NCBI GenBank assembly: GCA_965262915.1
Contig: OZ253564.1
Span: 1,696,001 to 1,760,000, forward strand
DNA: 64,000 nt
From: Candidatus Spongiisociaceae bacterium
GTDB lineage: Bacteria; Actinomycetota; Acidimicrobiia; Spongiisociales; Spongiisociaceae
Direction of reading: 5' to 3'
Part shown: piece by piece, positions 60,581 to 64,000 of the stretch
How positions within the stretch are numbered: the first letter of the stretch is position 1
How the letters are laid out: the number at the start of each line of letters is the position of its first letter
Translations under genes and position numbers: made by a program
The notes under the pieces: model-generated
The model's database searches: none
Seen by the model: the letters and a program-made list of their open reading frames with translations, nothing else
What the model was told of the DNA's origin: nothing

Positions 60581-61146
60581 TCGGTCGCCTGCGGGGTGTG
60601 CTGGTGGCCCGTACCGCCACGGGGGTGGTGATCGAGGTCGGGGGTGTCGGATACGAGCTGGTTGTGACGCCTAGGGATCAGGCTTCGCTTCCCATGCTGG
60701 GCGAGGAGGTGGTGTTGCACACCCATCTGGTGGTGCGGGAGGACCTGCTGGCCCTGTACGGGTTCGAGGGGGAGCAGAGCCGGGACATGTTCCGGGTGCT
60801 GCTCGGGTCGAGCGGGGTGGGCCCGGCCCTGGCTCACTCGATCCTGGCGACGTTGCGGCCCGACGAGGTTCGCATGGCGGTGGCCACCGAGGACGTGCAG
60901 GCTCTGGTGGCCGTGCACGGGATCGGCAAGCGGACCGCCCAGAAGCTCATCCTTGAGCTGCGCCCCAAGCTGGGAGCTCTCACTACCCATTCGGCGGCGT
61001 CGGGCAACCTGTCCCGCGCCCGGGAGGCCCTGGAATCTCTGGGGTACGCACCGGCCGAGATACGGGAGGCACTGCAGGACATTCCGGTTGACGGGCCGGT
61101 GGAGGAGCTGGTGCGGAGCGCCCTGAGGGTACTGGCCCGCAGGTAG
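60577..61146 (+). CDS. ruvA: Holliday junction DNA-binding protein RuvA
   Basis: MIGRLRG, GGVGYE, VREDLLALYGF, GIGKRTAQK, ALESLGY. Confidence 0.96.
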   Translation: MIGRLRGVLVARTATGVVIEVGGVGYELVVTPRDQASLPMLGEEVVLHTHLVVREDLLALYGFEGEQSRDMFRVLLGSSGVGPALAHSILATLRPDEVRMAVATEDVQALVAVHGIGKRTAQKLILELRPKLGALTTHSAASGNLSRAREALESLGYAPAEIREALQDIPVDGPVEELVRSALRVLARR

Positions 61147-61156
61147 GGGTCGGGCG

Positions 61157-62191
61157 ATGCGTGAGGACGGCCTAATGGTGGCCCACTCGACCGGTGAGGA
61201 CCAGATGAGCGAGGCCATGCTGCGTCCCGGCTCTCTGGGGGAGTTCGTGGGCCAGCCCAAGATGAAGGAGCGGCTGGCCATCTCCATGGAGGCCTCGGAG
61301 ATGCTGGGCCGTCCCCTCGACCACCTGCTGCTCTCGGGACCGCCCGGGCTCGGCAAGACCACCCTGGCCCGGATCATCGCCGCCGAGATGGGGGCACAGT
61401 TACGTTCGACTTCGGGTCCGGCCGTGGAGCGGCCCGGTGATCTGGCGGCCATCCTGTCGGGTCTGGAGTACGGTGACGTGCTCTTCATCGACGAGATCCA
61501 CCGGCTGCCGAGGGTGGTGGAGGAGGTGCTGTACTCGGCGATGGAGGACTTCGCCCTCGACATCGTGGTGGGCAAGGGTCCCACCGCCCAGTCGCTGCGC
61601 CTGGGTCTGCCCCGCTTCACGCTGGTGGGAGCCACCACCCGGATCGGTACCGTAACCGCCCCCTTGCGGGACCGTTTCGGCATGGTCGATAGGCTCGACT
61701 ACTACGACGCCGACGACCTGGAGCGGATCGTGGTGCGGTCGGCTTCGATCATCGGGGTTCCGCTGACTGCGGGCGGTGCCCGGCGGATCGCCACCCGCAG
61801 CCGGGGTACGCCGCGGATCGCCAACCGGCTGCTGACCAGGGTGACCGAGTACGCGATCGCTCGGGCGGACGGTCGGGTGGATTCCGCCACGGCTATGGCC
61901 GGGTTGGCTATCTGGGAGGTGGACGACCTGGGTCTCGACAAGGTGGACCGTTTCATCCTGGATGCGATCGTCTCTAAGTTCGGTGGTGGTCCGGTCGGTC
62001 TCACCACTCTGGCTATCGCGGTGGGGGAGGAACCCGAGACGATCGAGGCCGCCTACGAGCCTTTCCTCGTGCAGCAGGGTCTGGTGATGCGCACTCCCCG
62101 GGGGCGTATGGCCACCTCCCGCACCTACCAGCATCTGGGACTCCCCGAACCGCAGTCCGCCCAGGGGTCTCTGCTGCACCGAAGCCACTAA
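61157..62191 (+). CDS. ruvB: Holliday junction helicase RuvB
   Basis: LRP..L.EFVGQ, GPPGLGKTT, FIDEIHRL, PLRDRFG, RTPRGR. Confidence 0.97.
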   Translation: MREDGLMVAHSTGEDQMSEAMLRPGSLGEFVGQPKMKERLAISMEASEMLGRPLDHLLLSGPPGLGKTTLARIIAAEMGAQLRSTSGPAVERPGDLAAILSGLEYGDVLFIDEIHRLPRVVEEVLYSAMEDFALDIVVGKGPTAQSLRLGLPRFTLVGATTRIGTVTAPLRDRFGMVDRLDYYDADDLERIVVRSASIIGVPLTAGGARRIATRSRGTPRIANRLLTRVTEYAIARADGRVDSATAMAGLAIWEVDDLGLDKVDRFILDAIVSKFGGGPVGLTTLAIAVGEEPETIEAAYEPFLVQQGLVMRTPRGRMATSRTYQHLGLPEPQSAQGSLLHRSH

Positions 62192-62203
62192 CTTCCCATA
62201 CTA

Positions 62204-62226
62204 GGTGGGGACGGTTCTGTCCCCGC
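62204..62226. terminator. Hairpin downstream of ruvB
   Basis: GTGGGGAC-GGTTCT-GTCCCCGC stem-loop about 15 nt after the stop; no plus-strand U-tract. Confidence 0.35.
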
Positions 62227-62557
62227 AAACGCGACCGCACGGGTGGTAGCCGCCGTTGTGTGTGACTCGCCGGTGGCCCTGGTGCCGGCGGTTTCCTTTG
62301 GAGACACTTCGGGGACCAGCACCAGACTGTTCCTATATAGTGAAACTCCGACGGACCCTGCAAGCTTTTCAAGCTAATCATGCACGAGGCTGGCCATGTA
62401 TTCTGGCTTGGTCATCCGAAGTCGGCGTACTCCGGTCAAGCAGTAATGTTACCAGGGCATGCAGATGCTCCTTGTGCCCTGACGGAGTATGATGTGGTAG
62501 CTATCAAGGCTATCTACCAGTCCCGATGATCGTAAGGGCTCAGACGGTAGGAGTGGA

Positions 62558-63284
62558 TGTGACCTCTGTGAGTAGACGAATAACCTGTCTGATAATGATG
62601 GCTATAGCCGGTTCTGTGATCTTGTACTACGACTGGGGTAGAAGAACAGGTGGAAGAATCCGTTTCGGACGGATCACCCGTTGCATACCTAGACACGACG
62701 ATTCCGCCATGTACTCCCGTAGATGGATCGGCGGAGGATCCAGCCCAACCTCGGAGGATAGCTCTCCTAGAGGCTGGTGATGCCACACCAGTTCACTTGG
62801 GCGATGAACTCCCGAACATTACGGAGATGCTACTCGGCACTAATCTACCAGGAATCGCAGTTCCACACGTTGTGGTGAGGGGAACGGCCCTTCCAAATAC
62901 CATACGATACGAACCTCTACAAACTGATAGCGGCGAGCTACAGTCCGATAGGGTCGCGTCACAACGACGCTGCTCACTATAGTTGTTTCGTTGACTTCGC
63001 GATCAACGAATACCTCATCGGAACAGGACCCCCGGAACTGACAGTCGCTATGGATTGGGAGGTCATAGCTCCTATTGATCTGGAGTATTGGCCGGAGAAA
63101 CGAGACTTGTGGATCGGATCCTTAAACGATCCCCGCGCCCGCACCACAGCAGCATATGAAGGAAGAGAAATGATCCTGTTCCTCAAGCCCGCACCTTACT
63201 ATCGCTGTCGAAGTGTGGACTTCATGGGGGTTGTTCACGAAGTGGTTCGTGCAGCGGGACGACGGCGACGATATCAGGCTCATC
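62558..63284 (+). pseudogene. Low-GC secreted or lipoprotein gene, multiply frameshifted and cut by IS110
   Basis: Signal-like RRITCLIMMAIAGSVI, then successive short coding fragments in different frames (PPCTPVDGS, HVVVRGT, YEGREMILFL, WFVQR) ending at the IS end. Confidence 0.45.
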
Positions 63285-64000
63285 GATGCTCCTATGGTTG
63301 TCAAATCGATGATGGGGCGGTTTGGTGGGTGTGCAGCCAGTTCTGGTATCGGGTGGCGAGGTGGTGGTTGTGGTCTCGGCCGTGTTCGAGTGCTGAGATG
63401 CGATTGGGGTGGGTTCCGACGGCTTGGGCGGTCTGGGTGAGGGTGATGCCGCGTTGTTGGCGTCGGGTGCGTAGGCGGGCGCAGTTCGGGGTTGGGTGCG
63501 GGTTGGTGAGGAGCCGGTAGATTTCTCGGGCGATGTGCCGCTTGAGGCAGCGGATGATCTCCTTTTTCTTCTTGCCCTCGGCCTTGCGTCGTGCCACGTA
63601 GGCTTTGGTGGCGGCGTCGGTGCGCATCCGGGTGGTAGCGATCCGCCATAGCGCGTTGTTGGCTTGGCGGTTGCCGCCCCGGTTGAGACGATGCCGAAGG
63701 GTTCGTCCTGATGACGCCTGGACGGGGCTGGCGCCGCACAGCGCCGCGAAAGACCGTTCCGATTTCATTCGCTTGGGGTTGTCGCCGGCGGCGACCAACA
63801 ACGCGGCGGCTGTGTCAGGACCGACACCTTCTGTGGCCAGCAGGGCCGGGTTGGCCTGGGCGCAGAGACGCCGGATCTCGGCTTCGAGTTGGGCGATCTC
63901 TACGTCGAGAGCCTGATACCGGCGGGCCAAATGCTGTAGGGCACGCTTCGCATACGCGGTGGTGGTGTGGTCTGTGCCGGGTCGGAACCGGGCACAGGTT
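63285..64000 (-). mobile_element. Second IS110 relative (partial), recombinase C-terminal half with HTH tail, stop at 63301
   Basis: Close but non-identical paralogue of 34638-35870; same end TTGACAAnCATAGGAGCATC. Confidence 0.9.

Noticed and set aside
1-64000. Many long overlapping or antisense ORFs in the track (e.g. 5477-6907+, 6953-8218+, 11827-13227-, 49113-51146-, 56165-57631-)
   Set aside because: Shadow frames of recognisable genes in high-GC DNA; Arg/Pro/Gly-rich with no family motifs
1-64000. CRISPR array, cas genes or rRNA
   Set aside because: No regularly spaced repeat-spacer pattern or matching genes seen; the repeats found are coding (Thr stalk, WSPDG, CpaB) or IS tails

Overview
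High-GC actinobacterial chromosome segment, probably Acidimicrobiia-like; this is inferred from the SLH/beta-propeller and cadherin-type surface proteins, the F420-type PPOX enzyme, the Rv2578c-like radical SAM gene and two GAAC-N4-GTTC SOS boxes. Layout: (1) 1-8.2 kb, an atypical minus-strand Tad/Flp pilus operon ending in Thr/His-rich and Ig-like secreted proteins; (2) 8.7-23.1 kb, housekeeping genes (EamA, acyl-CoA dehydrogenase, TrpB2, SOS radical SAM, pgi, zwf, MacB-type ABC system) with two decaying toxin-antitoxin pairs; (3) from tRNA-Val(TAC) at 23.2 kb to about 44 kb, a decayed island or insertion hotspot with a broken integrase, ISL3, higBA, ctaA-ctaB, IS1380, an SLH protein, nested IS110 elements, IS1182, MMPL, an IS256 remnant, a cadherin remnant and vapBC; (4) 44-62 kb, core genes, hicAB, a DtxR-family regulator, a second Tad operon and SOS-boxed ruvCAB; (5) a second IS110 relative at the right edge. 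The strongest find is an intact IS110 (34357-35886) inserted in another IS110 transposase gene. Its left non-coding end reads as a bridge RNA whose target-loop guides match the reconstructed insertion site and whose donor-loop guides match its own ends. A TTGACA-17-CATAAT promoter forms only when it circularises, and its recombinase carries an extra C-terminal HTH. All calls were made by eye, with no database searches.
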